Assembly (NCBI GenBank): GCA_951406725.2
Contig: OX597822.1
Coordinates: forward strand, 65,906,001 to 65,970,000
Direction: 5' to 3'
Source of the DNA: Octopus vulgaris
Taxonomy: Eukaryota
Length of the DNA: 64,000 nucleotides
Shown: positions 26,491-38,329 of the stretch, piece after piece
Numbering within the stretch: the stretch's first letter is position 1
Layout of the letters: each line of letters begins with the position of its first letter
Translations under genes and position numbers: made by a program
The notes under the pieces: model-generated
Databases searched by the model: none
Told to the model about the DNA's origin: nothing
The model's input: only the letters and a program-made list of their open reading frames with translations

Positions 26491-27966
26491 CTACGCAGAT
26501 GATGTAGTCTCTGTATATGGGTGTAGGTGTATTCGCATATAATATATATATATATACACGAGAACGCATGTGTTATCTATGTGTTTATGTGTGCATTATA
26601 TTAAATAGGTCGGTTGCATAAAGGCCTAGAGATAGTCCTGTGTATGCACGTAGCTGTCAGTATGGTTCTACTATGGTTTTCATGTGTATTTCGGCACATT
26701 TGTGTTCTTGTACACGAGGGAATGCACATTCATTGTTGTATGCCAGGGAGTGTACTTACATGCCCCCGTGAGTCTCTAGGTGTGTGTATATGTATGTATA
26801 AATGTGCGCGTGTGTGAGAGTGGTTATGGGTATGTGTCTGGATGTGAATCAGTAACTACGTTAGCAAGAGCATCGAGAGGCTGGGAAGTCACAGCAACGG
26901 TGTGTGTGTGTTAGTGGTGAAGGTTTGGGATGTGGAAAACGGTTAGGTTGGGATGGGTCGGGTGAAACAAATCACAAGCAGTTAATTCGTGTTCAGTCTC
27001 GGAAAAAAGAGAAATGGTAAAGGAGCGAAAATGAGAGAGAACGAGCGACCGAGAGCGAATGAGACGGAGATGGAGAGAGAGAGATAGTGGGGAGGATGGA
27101 GAGAAGGAGTGAAAATCGAGTGAAGGAGGGAGAGATAGAAAGAGAGATTCCATTTTCCATCTGGTACCAAAGTTCTTGATAGGTCAGCACCGAAAACATC
27201 AATTTGGGACAAAGCGTAAAAGAAGGCTCGGAAACATAAAATGTACTTGACAGATCGACGCACAAGTAAACAGTGGCAGGCAGATCGATTGCGAAGTACG
27301 TTCCTTTACGTTCGCTGTTCAAACCCTGTCAGTGTTGACATTAACTTTCAACAACGTGGGGTCGACATTAGTAAATAAGTTTAATAATAAAAAGTTATTG
27401 AAATTTCCCTCTAAAATTTATTCGGAGTCACAACATGTACGAATTGTCATTTAGTTTTAAGTCAGACTTGATCGTATACACACATATTCACAAGCATACT
27501 AGCGTTGACAATATCGTCACTTTTCTTGCCTAGATTGTTTTCCTTTTCTTTTTTTCCAGACAAGCCATTTTAGATTAAAATGTAATCCAATGACACAATA
27601 TCTGGTACAAGACCTTCAGATTGAACGACCGTCCTGAAATGGAAAAGAAATAATTGGAATTGTTCTCTCTCTTTATTTCAAGATCTATCTGATGAACCAA
27701 AATTTTCAATAACAATTCGCAACTACTTCGCAACCTCTCTTTTACTCTTTTACTCTTTTACTTGTTTCGGTCATTTAACTGCGGCCATGCTGAAGCATCG
27801 CCTTTAGTCGAGCAAATCGACCCCAGGACTTATACTTTGTAAGCCTAGTACTTATTCTATCGGTCACTTTTGCCGAACCGCTAAGTTACGGGAAGGTAAA
27901 CAAACAATCATCGGTTGTCAAGCGATGTTGGGGTGACAAGCACAGACACAAACATATGCACACATG

Positions 27967-28016
<50 letters not shown>

Positions 28017-28042
28017 CAATATGTTACATTACTCGGTAGTCA

Positions 28043-28105
28043 AGATAAAACTCTGAGTTTCAGATGCCGAAGTGGAAATCCACAACACCATCTCTTCGGT
28101 TATCT
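28043..28105 (-). ncRNA. Putative minimal hammerhead ribozyme in the 3' pLTR, sense to the GIY-YIG ORF
   Basis: Exact reverse complement of 29057-29119. Confidence 0.7.
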
Positions 28106-28308
28106 GGCTATTTGAAAACGTTATGAAAAAATACCGTTAAATAAAGGGAAATTACTCTGTTATAACTCTGCTTGCCTGCGTACTTATACATCGCTCGCAT
28201 TTTTCGTCATAAAAATTATATAAAAATACATAAAAAATATATAAAAAATATATAAAAATATATAAAAATATATAAATTCTTCTTGGGACATAACATAGAA
28301 AGCATGTT

Positions 28309-29028
28309 CTATCTGTTTTCTTTAGGGGACCAAAAACGTAACAGAAATTTAGTCACATGTGGGCATGATCCGAAAAGCTCTGTCCTTGTATTTAGACATG
28401 TAGTAGGGTCTAAGCTGCTTTTCCAGATAAGCCATCTCTCCATGTCGCATAGACCGCACCTTCCGCTGCCGTTAGTATAGGGCTCACATCTGGCCAAAAT
28501 CTTCCATTGTATGTTATAATCGACACCTTTATCTCTTAAAGACCAAATATGATTAGACAATTGTGTCGCTTTTCTTCTGTTCCAGTGCCTAAAGCTCAAA
28601 GTGTGGTTATTGAACCTGGCCTTGAAATTACCCTCTGTAAGGCCCACGTATTTCTTCGTCGAAACGGTGTCTTTAGTGGTTATAGAGTTTACGGTAGCTT
28701 CATAGATGATGGTCTTGGACATGCAAGCTCCATTTAGCGGGCACAATTCTTTATTCCTGCATGAACAGCTGTTTTCTTCTTGTGTTTTTTGTATGTTATG
28801 TTTGATTATGTTTTTAAAATTGGTAGTTGAACTAAAACTAATTTTTAAATTGTGTCTATTGAAGAGTTTCCTATAAGTATGGTTAACTGGAAAATGTATA
28901 TCTATCAGTGCTAGGAAATATTTACCTATATTGAAGGCCACCTCGGGTGAGTAAGGAAGCGTAAACCAGATGACCTTCTTATTTCTATTATTCCTTTTCC
29001 TTACTGTTGGGCTAGTGATATAGGTAAA
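28309..29028 (-). CDS. Penelope-like element ORF C-terminus: Cys-rich linker plus GIY-YIG endonuclease (RT domain missing)
   Basis: The frame is open from the IR junction: ...RNKKVIWFTLPYSPEV-AFNIGKYFL...CSCRNKELCPLNGAC...IIYEATV...KYVGLTEGNFKARFNNH...LSNHIW...CGLCDME...LNTRTE..CPH. The ORF track calls 28309-28941 from a GTG. Confidence 0.88.
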   Translation of the reverse strand, partial: FTYITSPTVRKRNNRNKKVIWFTLPYSPEVAFNIGKYFLALIDIHFPVNHTYRKLFNRHNLKISFSSTTNFKNIIKHNIQKTQEENSCSCRNKELCPLNGACMSKTIIYEATVNSITTKDTVSTKKYVGLTEGNFKARFNNHTLSFRHWNRRKATQLSNHIWSLRDKGVDYNIQWKILARCEPYTNGSGRCGLCDMERWLIWKSSLDPTTCLNTRTELFGSCPHVTKFLLRFWSPKENR

Positions 29029-29056
29029 TATTTTTTCATAACGTTTTCAAATAGCC

Positions 29057-29119
29057 AGATAACCGAAGAGATGGTGTTGTGGATTTCCACTTCGGCATCT
29101 GAAACTCAGAGTTTTATCT
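29057..29119 (+). ncRNA. Putative minimal type I hammerhead ribozyme (core CCGAAGA, GUU site)
   Basis: AGATAA (stem I), CCGAAGA, GATG...CATC(T) (stem II), GAAA, CTCAGAG-T (palindromic stem III), T, TTATCT (stem I'). Confidence 0.7.
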
Positions 29120-29215
29120 TGACTACCGAGTAATGTAACATATTGTATAGATAAATTTCATCTATTTACATAATATTGAGGTCTCTTTCTTTCTTTTGTT
29201 ATCTTACCGTTTTAT

Positions 29216-29261
<46 letters not shown>

Positions 29262-29769
29262 CGGGCTTCCACTCACAAGGTTTTGGTTGACCCGAGGTTA
29301 TAGTAGAATACACTTGCCCAAGTTGCCATGCAGTGGGAATGAACCTAGAACCATGTGGTTGGTAAGCAAGCTACTTACCACACAGCCACTCCTGCGCCTC
29401 TGTTAGCTAGGATAATTTCAAACTCCTGATCTAAAAGATCATCTCCGTCTCATAGTATGACTTTAACAGACTTCCAACTGACTTGGTGCTACACTTAAAT
29501 CGCATGATGGATCAACGGCGAAGTGCTGAACCTTCAAACACAGTCATCTATGTATTAGTCCCGATAGTAGTCACTCCATAAACTTCTCCAATAATATCAG
29601 GATGCTAATGTAGCGGCAACGCCTTAAAAATATCATGTAAATACGTGGCAATAGAACCAGAGTCATGTGTCTGCTCTGTTTAACAGATATATTCGTAATA
29701 TTATTACAATATGATAATGGACACAACACCCATAATAGTTACTACGCACGTTTTAATTCATATCATTAA

Positions 29770-30140
29770 TTTATTTCTGTCATTAGACTGCGGTCATGCT
29801 GGGGCAACACCTTGAAGAATCTTTAGTCGAATGTATTAACCGCAGTACTTATTTTTTAAAAGCCTGGTACTGTTGGTATCCTTTGCCGTTTCGCTAAGTT
29901 ATGGTGACGTAAACACACCAGCGCCGGTTGTCAAGTGGTGCGAGGAAACGCACACACACACACACACGCATCTACATATACGATGAGCTTCTTTCCTTTT
30001 CCGTCTACCAAGTTCACTTACAAGGCTATGGCCGTACGATGTTATAGTAGAAGACACCTACCTAAGGTGGCGCGCATCGGGACTGAAACTGGAAACGTGT
30101 GATTGGGAAAGCAAGCTTCTTACCACACAACCACGCTTGC
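29770..30140 (-). mobile_element. Diverged SINE family A
   Basis: GTCATTAGACTGCGGTCATGCTGG...CCGTCTACCAA...GCAAGCTTCTTACCACAC. Confidence 0.75.
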
Positions 30141-31095
30141 TTATACAAACAGTTGTATTTGCTCACACGCTGTAATCCACCGAACCTAACGCAGGCGAAC
30201 GATATGTAACTGATGTAATATTTGAAATGGTCAACCAGTCTACAGCCTCTTTCATTAATTCTCCTTTCATTTATTCACTATCCGTCACCGTTGATGTTTG
30301 TTTGGGATAATAGAGCTCCATCTATCGTCAGATTTTATCGATTTACTTATTTTTAGCGTCACCATTAGAGTATTCATTCTCTACATAAACAACAGCTTTA
30401 TACCCAAGTACACTTAGTTTTGTACGTGTGCGAGTGTGACTCCTGTGTATGTGGTTGATAATGTATGATCGTATTTAAAAAGAAGTCAAATACATAGAAA
30501 TACACACACACGAGTACACACGCACGTCTCTATGTGTGTGTATGTTGCACTTACAGTAATATTCTTTCTGCTTTCATTTCATTATTTCACACACCACACA
30601 ACGAAATCTCGAAAAAACGTGAACGTAAGACCGTAATCGTAGGGTGGGGGGGGGGGTGACAAAAGAAAAAAAAGACAAGGAAAAAAGCAACCATAAAAAC
30701 TCTCTTTATTCAGTAACTTTTATGATCCACGCATGCAGACTATTTTACATAAGTTCTGATCGTATGATTTCCAATCCTATGGTTTATACAATTTAAATCT
30801 GATAATGAACGCCTTTGCACGATTCCCAATTTTAATATACCTTTTAATATCTTTTATTTATAATGTAACCATACGCACGCATTATCGGATTATTTAACAC
30901 TACAGAGGTCTTTACGACGTATATGCACAATTCTTATTTTATATTATTAGGTTTCCCAGCCTATTTTAGTCACCTGGATCTACGCTAAAAGTTAAGCGTA
31001 AAAATTTCCATAATCGAGGATTCTATTCGCATTAAAATCTTCAGTCTGTGAGGTCGAACCGAGCTTTCAGCACCCAATTAAAACTTCCTCTTTCT

Positions 31096-31183
<88 letters not shown>

Positions 31184-33569
31184 TTATTGTCTGGAATAAA
31201 ATGATATTCGTAGACCCGTGTTTCAGTATTAAAACGCATCATAAACTGGACAATTTACTACCTTATTCCCAGTATCCACATAACTTATCCAAAACAGATC
31301 CGAAAATATTTTTGGCCTGGGTAATTTGTATAATTTAAACTAAAATGACTTAAGTGAAGAAACTCAGTGACCAGTGGCCTGTATTTGCTGAATAGATAAA
31401 ATGTATTTTCCTCTTAATTTAAAAAATGCCAATTTAGATATCTGTTGTGCATAAATTATGTTGTATGATGTTTGATACTCCTGTATTTGTTTTTGTTATC
31501 CAGATACACGTCATTCACTCATATTGGTTTATATATACAAATGGAGAGCGAGGGGAGAGGTAGAAGGAGAGAGTGAGCGATTTTGAAATATAAAATATGA
31601 AAACTCTGAAACGGAATGGGAAGTTGCGGTGCTAATGGCATCAACAGATGTGAAATATCACAGAAATCGGGAGAAATAATTCCGAGTCGGATTCGAGACT
31701 CCATATTGGCTAAGCTTCTCCATTTCTTGTTTTGTTGTTAATAAAAAGGAACCCCACCACAAATTGATGTCCGTTTTAAAATAACAATGAGATATAGAAC
31801 AATAAAGCGTGAAATACATATATTTACCTATATTCCGATGATTACGTTGGAGCAGGCAAATTTCTAGAACTTAGTTACGAGTTCATCTATTGTAAGCAGA
31901 GGCCTAATCATTCTTGTATCACTTATTTATTATTTGCAAGAATAAAGGATATATTACACAACGTGTAAGAACAAAGGGTATATTACATAACGTGGTCATG
32001 TATTAACCACATCCAGAACTTGGCAAAAATCTACAGAAGCAAAGGTGGCCTAAGTTTAAAGAAGTGAAAATCCAACAATTCTTTAATATAAATATGTTAA
32101 AAATATAGAAATACATTATTAATGTTTATTTTCTTCTTAAAGACATGACAGGAGCTTAATAATTTTAATATTACAATAAGCTGTATACATAGATTTTTCT
32201 CAATAATTCTTTTAATTAAAACCTTAGTTCGTCACAGGTGGTATTGGTTATTGGATGTTTCGTTAATAAACGGAAGCATTAAATTAACGAAAATGCTGAT
32301 AAAAGCCTTGAAAACAACATAAATAATCTCAACTTCGTCAACAACAATAATCTTAATAAGAATTACAATAAGAAAATAAAAAAAATAAAATAGAAAATAC
32401 AGCTAAACAAATTTTAACTAGATTAATACATAATTTTATTTAACAATAAACTAACAGCCTTGCATTCTCCATGATATTTGTGATAAATAATTCCTTAAAA
32501 AAAAGGAATAATTCAATGTTAATGTCTAATGATAAAATTAATCACTTGTATTTGATTTATATCGAGGATATTCGGATACAAAGCACACAAGTATGCGATG
32601 AAAGAAAGAGAGTAAGAAGAGTGGAAGAGAGAACTGAGCGAGGAAGAGGCTGCATAAAAAAAGGCAACGCTCATAAGAACACGCACACGCACGCACACAT
32701 GCACACGCACATATGCACACACACGCAAATTCAACACACACACATATACATAGCTATGCAAACAGGCACATAAATATACGTAGATATATATTCGTAAATA
32801 AAAATAAATGTATTTTATAAACTTATATATATATATATATATATATATATGCATATATATATGTATATACATACATACACACATACATACATATATACAC
32901 ATACACACCTACACACACACACACATATATATATATATACATACCTACAAACATATATACACATACATACATACATACGGACATATACAGATGTATGTGT
33001 GTGTGTGTGCCTGTATGTATGTATAGACAGATAGATAGAGAGATAGAGAGAGAGAGAAATAGACAGAGTGTTAGAGACAGATAAATACATACAGAGAGAG
33101 AAAGAGAGAGCGAGAGAGAGAAAGACATACGTATATATATTAAAAAGACCACATATATTTACGTATACAAGTAAAAAGTATTTATATGTATACATATGTA
33201 CATACATATACATATACCTTCAAACATACACATCCCACGCAAATTAATATATATATATATATATATATATATAACCATATACACATACATACATATGACT
33301 ACTCATATACATTCATTCAAAGCAAATGTAATAGATAACGCAATCAATAATTTACCGACAAAAACTGAATCTTCTTAATATGGCTGGGAGGAAATAATCC
33401 TCAATATTCAACAAATGAAGTAATTAAATTGACGTTAAATAACAAGGAAAACATTAATAGAAGCAGCGCAGTCGGCAGAATTTAACTTAAGCTTTAAAAC
33501 AAAATTATGTAAAATAATATCGGAAACAAAACATTATAGATTGTAAAGAAATCATCATTATAAACCATT

Positions 33570-33808
33570 CTTTTATTCTTTTATTCTGTTTAATTCGTTT
33601 CAGTCATTTGACTGCGGCCATGCTGGAGCACCGCCTTTTAGTCGAGCGAATCAACCCCAGGACTTGTTCCTTGTAAGCCTAGTACTTATTCTATCCGTCT
33701 CTCTTGCCGAACCGCTAAGTGACGGGGATGCAAACATACCAGCATCGGTTGTCAAGCGATGTTGGAAGGATAAACACAGACAGACATACACACACACACA
33801 CACACACA

Positions 33809-33862
<54 letters not shown>

Positions 33863-34020
33863 ACGGGCTTATTTCAGTTTCCGTCTACCAAATACACTCA
33901 CAAGGCTTTGGTCGAGCCAAGGCTATTGTAGAAGACACTTGCCCAAGATGCCACGCAGGACTGAACCCGGAACTATGTGGTTGGTAAGCAAGCTACTTAC
34001 CACACAGCTACTCCTGCGCC
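33570..34020 (-). mobile_element. SINE family A, full length
   Basis: Collinear with the other family A copies. Confidence 0.9.
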
Positions 34021-34079
34021 ATTATAAACAAAATAATAGCAGCCGCCATACCATCAATAATTGTAGAATTGTAATAATT

Positions 34080-34470
34080 TTTTCTACTATAGGCACGAGG
34101 CCTGAAACTTTGATGGTGGGATCTACTCCATTGCAGTGCTCAACTTGTATTATTGTATTTATTTCATTGACATCGAAAGGGTGAAATGTGAAGTTGAACT
34201 CGACGGAACTTAAACTCAGAAGGTAAAAAGCTAGTAATGCCTCTAAGCATTTTGCTCGACATGTTTATTCTTCTGCTAGATCGCTGCCTTATTTATCTTT
34301 CAAATATAGACAGGCATCTTGAAATTTGTTGGAGGTAGGGCTAATTGATTACTACACCCACAGGGTTCCACTGGTATTGATTTTGTTGTTGGCTTAATTT
34401 GCACTCAGAACGTAAAGCACGAAGGAAAATACCGCAAATAATTTTCACGAAAAGCAATCTAGTCCACTGC
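34080..34470 (-). mobile_element. Old diverged SINE family B copies
   Basis: TTCTACTATAGGCACGAGGCCTGAAA...AACTCAGAA...CGCTGCCTTA, followed by a weaker second copy. Confidence 0.55.
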
Positions 34471-34673
34471 CCTAATTACAACAAGACGTGTTACAAAATT
34501 TGGCACCAGGCCAGTAATATTACGGAGAGTTCGTTACTCAAATCGTGTGCCGTACCAGTCTAGAAGAATGAAAGTGGAAGTTGAACACCGATGTAAATCG
34601 TCTGAAAAAGAAAAAAAGGCGATGAGCAATTTCTTTGACGCGCACACATTTCCACCTGCTCGCCTTCTTAATA

Positions 34674-35225
34674 TTGGGTTGTCCGGAAAGTTCGTACCGA
34701 TTTTTAAAGGAAAGAAAAAGGCTAATAAATACTTGCCATTACATTTTTAATCAACCAAATATTAACCATTTTGTTGCACAATGCGTCTCCATCTTTCCTT
34801 TAACTTGCAAATACCCTGTTCTTAGAATTGAGGTAGTTTCATGGCAACGAATTCATCAAGGTATCTTTTTACGTCATCCAAGGAATTGCAATTTTTACCA
34901 TTAAGACTATTCTGCAGAGACCTGAATAAGTGAAAATCCGAAGGAGCAATATCTGGTGAATAACACATCCCATCCGAGATGCAGCAATTTTTGTCTGGTT
35001 CCGAAAGCATCAAGTGCCGAAAATGAACTTTCTTATCTTCCATTTTAAAGGGTTACAGTATTAACACAGGTTATAGGAACATAAGCCTTCTTCCACGGAA
35101 AGATAGCTTAAACTGTGCTCTAAATGGAGGTGTAGTCAAATCCTATTTTATGGACTCAACCATGTTCTAAAATAAGTCGAAAGTTAAGCTGCTATAAATC
35201 GGCACAAACTTTCCGGACAACCCAA
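34674..35225 (-). mobile_element. Internally deleted non-autonomous mariner (same family as 9043-9614)
   Basis: TIR TTGGGTTGTCCGGAAAGTT at both ends with TA flanks. MEDKKVHFRHLML is fused to YSPDIAPSDFHLFRSLQNSL. Confidence 0.92.
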
Positions 35226-35499
35226 TATATTGCAATGATAATAATTCTTTCTTGTATAGTCAGAAAGCCTGATGGTATGGGGAAGGGAACTTGTCATTTA
35301 CTTCGAACTCCCACTGCGTGAATGATACATATCCAATCGACAAGGAGATGAAAATGAAAGACGACTTCGGCGGAATTTTTAATTTGTAAAGAGGGACGAA
35401 ATACAGCTTGGCATTTCGTCCGGCATACTAACAATTCTGTCAGCTCATCGCCTTATATAACAACCGTCATAATAATAACAACAACAGCAACTAAAACAC

Positions 35500-35980
35500 A
35501 AGTCAACACTGACAGAACGATCCAGGCTAATCGAACAGACATAATTATTAAAGACGGAGAAGTAATTACATGCTGACTAATAACTGTAAGTGTTCCCACT
35601 GATAAATATATATATCTGTCAAGAAATTTGACAAATTACGTAAATATAAAGGACTTGGAAACTGAAATACGAAAGATGTGGCATCTTAAAGCGAGAACTG
35701 TTCCTGTTATTTTAGGTGACCTAGGTATGATTAAAAAAAGGGATATTAGGAGCACCATGTCTCAGAGAAATCCAAAACATTGTACTGACGAGTACTGCCC
35801 AAATCCTTACAAAAACGCCATCCATTTAAATGTCTGTGTTGTATTACATGAAGATATTTCGTTATTTCTCCTCCCCAAGCTTTCAGTGATACTGTAACAT
35901 CTCTTACCCTTAACTCGTCTCACGACACTGGGTGTGTCTAGGCAAGTAACTGTAACAAACATGCAGATTAAAAGTAAATA
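35500..35980 (+). mobile_element. 3' fragment of a restriction-like-endonuclease non-LTR retrotransposon (R4/Dong-like)
   Basis: TDRTIQANRTDIIIKD...VSVP...KYKDLETEIRKMWHLKARTVPVILGDLGMI (degenerate RPD motif). It ends at a (TAA)/(TAG) microsatellite. Confidence 0.75.
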
Positions 35981-35987
35981 ATAATAA

Positions 35988-36049
<62 letters not shown>

Positions 36050-36057
36050 ACAATGAC

Positions 36058-36092
<35 letters not shown>

Positions 36093-36124
36093 GAAGAAGA
36101 AGAAGAAAAATAATAATAATAATG

Positions 36125-36180
<56 letters not shown>
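35980..36180. repeat. Compound (TAG)n/(AAT)n/(AAAT)n microsatellite
   Basis: Seen directly in the sequence. Confidence 0.95.
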
Positions 36181-36288
36181 CGACTTCATTGCGAAAAGTG
36201 TATTGTGTAGGATGTCTACCAATCTAATATTAGTTCCCAAACGTTAAAACACCTTCTCACAGCACACATTCACACACATACACACACT

Positions 36289-36325
<37 letters not shown>

Positions 36326-36711
36326 AGAGCCTACCACATGCTACTAACAACATTAGCAAATGAATCAGGAGCAACAACAACAACGAACTAAAACGCATCA
36401 ATCATTTTTAACAGACTCAACTGGGCACAGATGCCATTAAACGACTGGTAAGCACAAACGTCGTCTTCATTAATTTACGTCATCATCACGATCAGCATCA
36501 TCACTGTCAGCAAAAAACAACAATGACATCATCATCATCATCATGCACAGCTGTTATCTCTTCATCTTCTACCAACGCCTCCTCCTCCTCTGCTTCCCCC
36601 GTCATCATTATCCCAACAAGTCTCATCTTTGCCTTCATCGACAAATAATATTTTCAAACTACTTCCATTCCAAAAGAATTCTGATGTCGAATCGCAGCCA
36701 TTATAGTGGCC

Positions 36712-36779
36712 ATCATCGTCGTCGTCGTCGTCGTTGTCATGATGATCATCATCATCGTCATCATCATCGTCATCATAAC

Positions 36780-36837
<58 letters not shown>

Positions 36838-37170
36838 GTCATCATAACCATCATCATCATCGACGTCGTTGTCATCGTCATCGTCCTCGTCGATGTCACC
36901 ATCATCATCATCACCGTCGTCGTCGTCGACGTCCTCGTAATTGTCATCATCATCATCATTATCGTCGTCGTCGTTGTCATCATCATGATCATCAACATGG
37001 TCATCATTATGGTCATCATCATCGTCGTCGTTGTCATCTTCATCGTCATAATCAACATTATCATCAACATTGTCGTCGTCGTCATCATCAACATGATCAT
37101 CCTCGTTGTTGTCGTCATCATCATCGTCATCATCATCATCATCATCACCTTCATCATCATCATCATCACC

Positions 37171-37203
<33 letters not shown>

Positions 37204-37210
37204 TCTATGA
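36712..37210. repeat. Degenerate (ATC)n/(GTC)n field
   Basis: Seen directly in the sequence. Confidence 0.9.
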
Positions 37211-37677
37211 TCAGTGTCATCGTCACCTTCCTTATCGCATTCAACGACAGTCATTATCACAATAATCATCATTGCAGTTTTCAAAATCAATTGAGTTTGA
37301 GTGTCTACCAATTCATAACTTAGAATAAGTAATATTATCGCAGCCATTCTACTTAATTTTAAGAGAATTATGTACTAAGCCAAGTCTGTATTCAAGCATT
37401 GTTTTAAGCTAATCCGAATTTCCTTCATTTCTAATATTGCAGACTATAGAAAATGCTATGTAGCAAATTGAAGAAATATTCTGTTCTACTCTTGGCACAA
37501 GACCTGAAACTGTTGGTGGAGGTGGGGTCCAGTCGATTAGATCGACCCCAGTACGCAACTGGTACTTAATTTATCGACCCCGAAAGGGGGCCACTATAAC
37601 CACTGAGCCATGCTCCACGAAATAATAATAAATAAACCGATCATTTACAAACGTAATCTAGTTGGTATTTTTTTTAA

Positions 37678-38311
37678 AGTCATTTGACTGTGGCCATGCT
37701 AGAGCACCGTCTTTGGTCGAGCAAATCGACCCCAGGACTTATTCTTTGTAAGCCTAGTACTAATTCTATCGGTTTCTTTTGCCGAACCGCTTAGTGACGG
37801 GAAGGTAAACACACCAGCATCGGTTGTCAAGCGATGGTGTGCTGGCGAGCTGGCAGAAACGTTAGCACGCTGGGCGAAATGCTTAGCAGTATTTCGTCTG
37901 CCGCTACGTTCTGAGTTCAAATTCCGCCGAGGTCGACTTTGCCTTTCATCCTTTCGGGGTTGATTAAATAAGTACCAGTTACGCACTGGGGTCGATATAA
38001 TCGACTTAATCCGTTTGTCTGTCCTTTGTCCTCTCTGTGTTTAGCCCCTTGTGGGTAGTAAAGAAATAGGTGTGGGGGACAAACACAGACACACAAACAT
38101 ATATACACATATACATACACACACACACACAAACATATATATATATATATATATATATACGACGGGCTTCTTTCAGTTTCCGTCTACCAAACCCACTCAC
38201 AAGGCTTTGTCGGCCCGAGGCTATAGTAGAAGACACTTGCCTAAGTGGGTCTGAACCCGGAACCGTATGGTTAGGAAGCAAGGTACTTACCATACAGCCA
38301 CTCCTGCACCT
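37678..38311 (-). mobile_element. SINE family A containing a nested family B SINE
   Basis: Family A segments at 37678-37841 and 38069-38311. Confidence 0.85.
37842..38068 (+). mobile_element. SINE family B inserted in family A, possible GGTGTG TSD
   Basis: Complete family B monomer. GGTGTG at 37836-37841 and 38069-38074. Confidence 0.85.
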
Positions 38312-38329
38312 GTGAAAACAAAATTTATA

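Larger units (their letters stand above)
28013..29219 (-). mobile_element. 5'-truncated Penelope-like element (Neptune-type) with an inverted pseudo-LTR
   Basis: GIY-YIG ORF flanked by identical 121-bp inverted repeats (28013-28133, 29029-29149). The right copy extends ~70 bp further. (TA)n lies on both sides. Confidence 0.9.
27737..29399 (-). mobile_element. SINE family A split by a Penelope insertion in its internal (TA)n
   Basis: The 3' half is at 27737-27960 and the 5' half at 29260-29399, collinear with intact copies. Confidence 0.85.

Noticed and set aside
28013-29149. Reading the element as a TIR DNA transposon or homing-endonuclease cassette
   Set aside because: The ORF is a 5'-truncated PLE C-terminus with no ATG start. 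The repeats carry a hammerhead motif and an asymmetric extension typical of inverted pLTRs, and there is no transposase.
36543-37347. His-rich and Asp-rich ORFs of 200-260 aa
   Set aside because: They are translations of a degenerate (ATC/GTC)n microsatellite, open on both strands.
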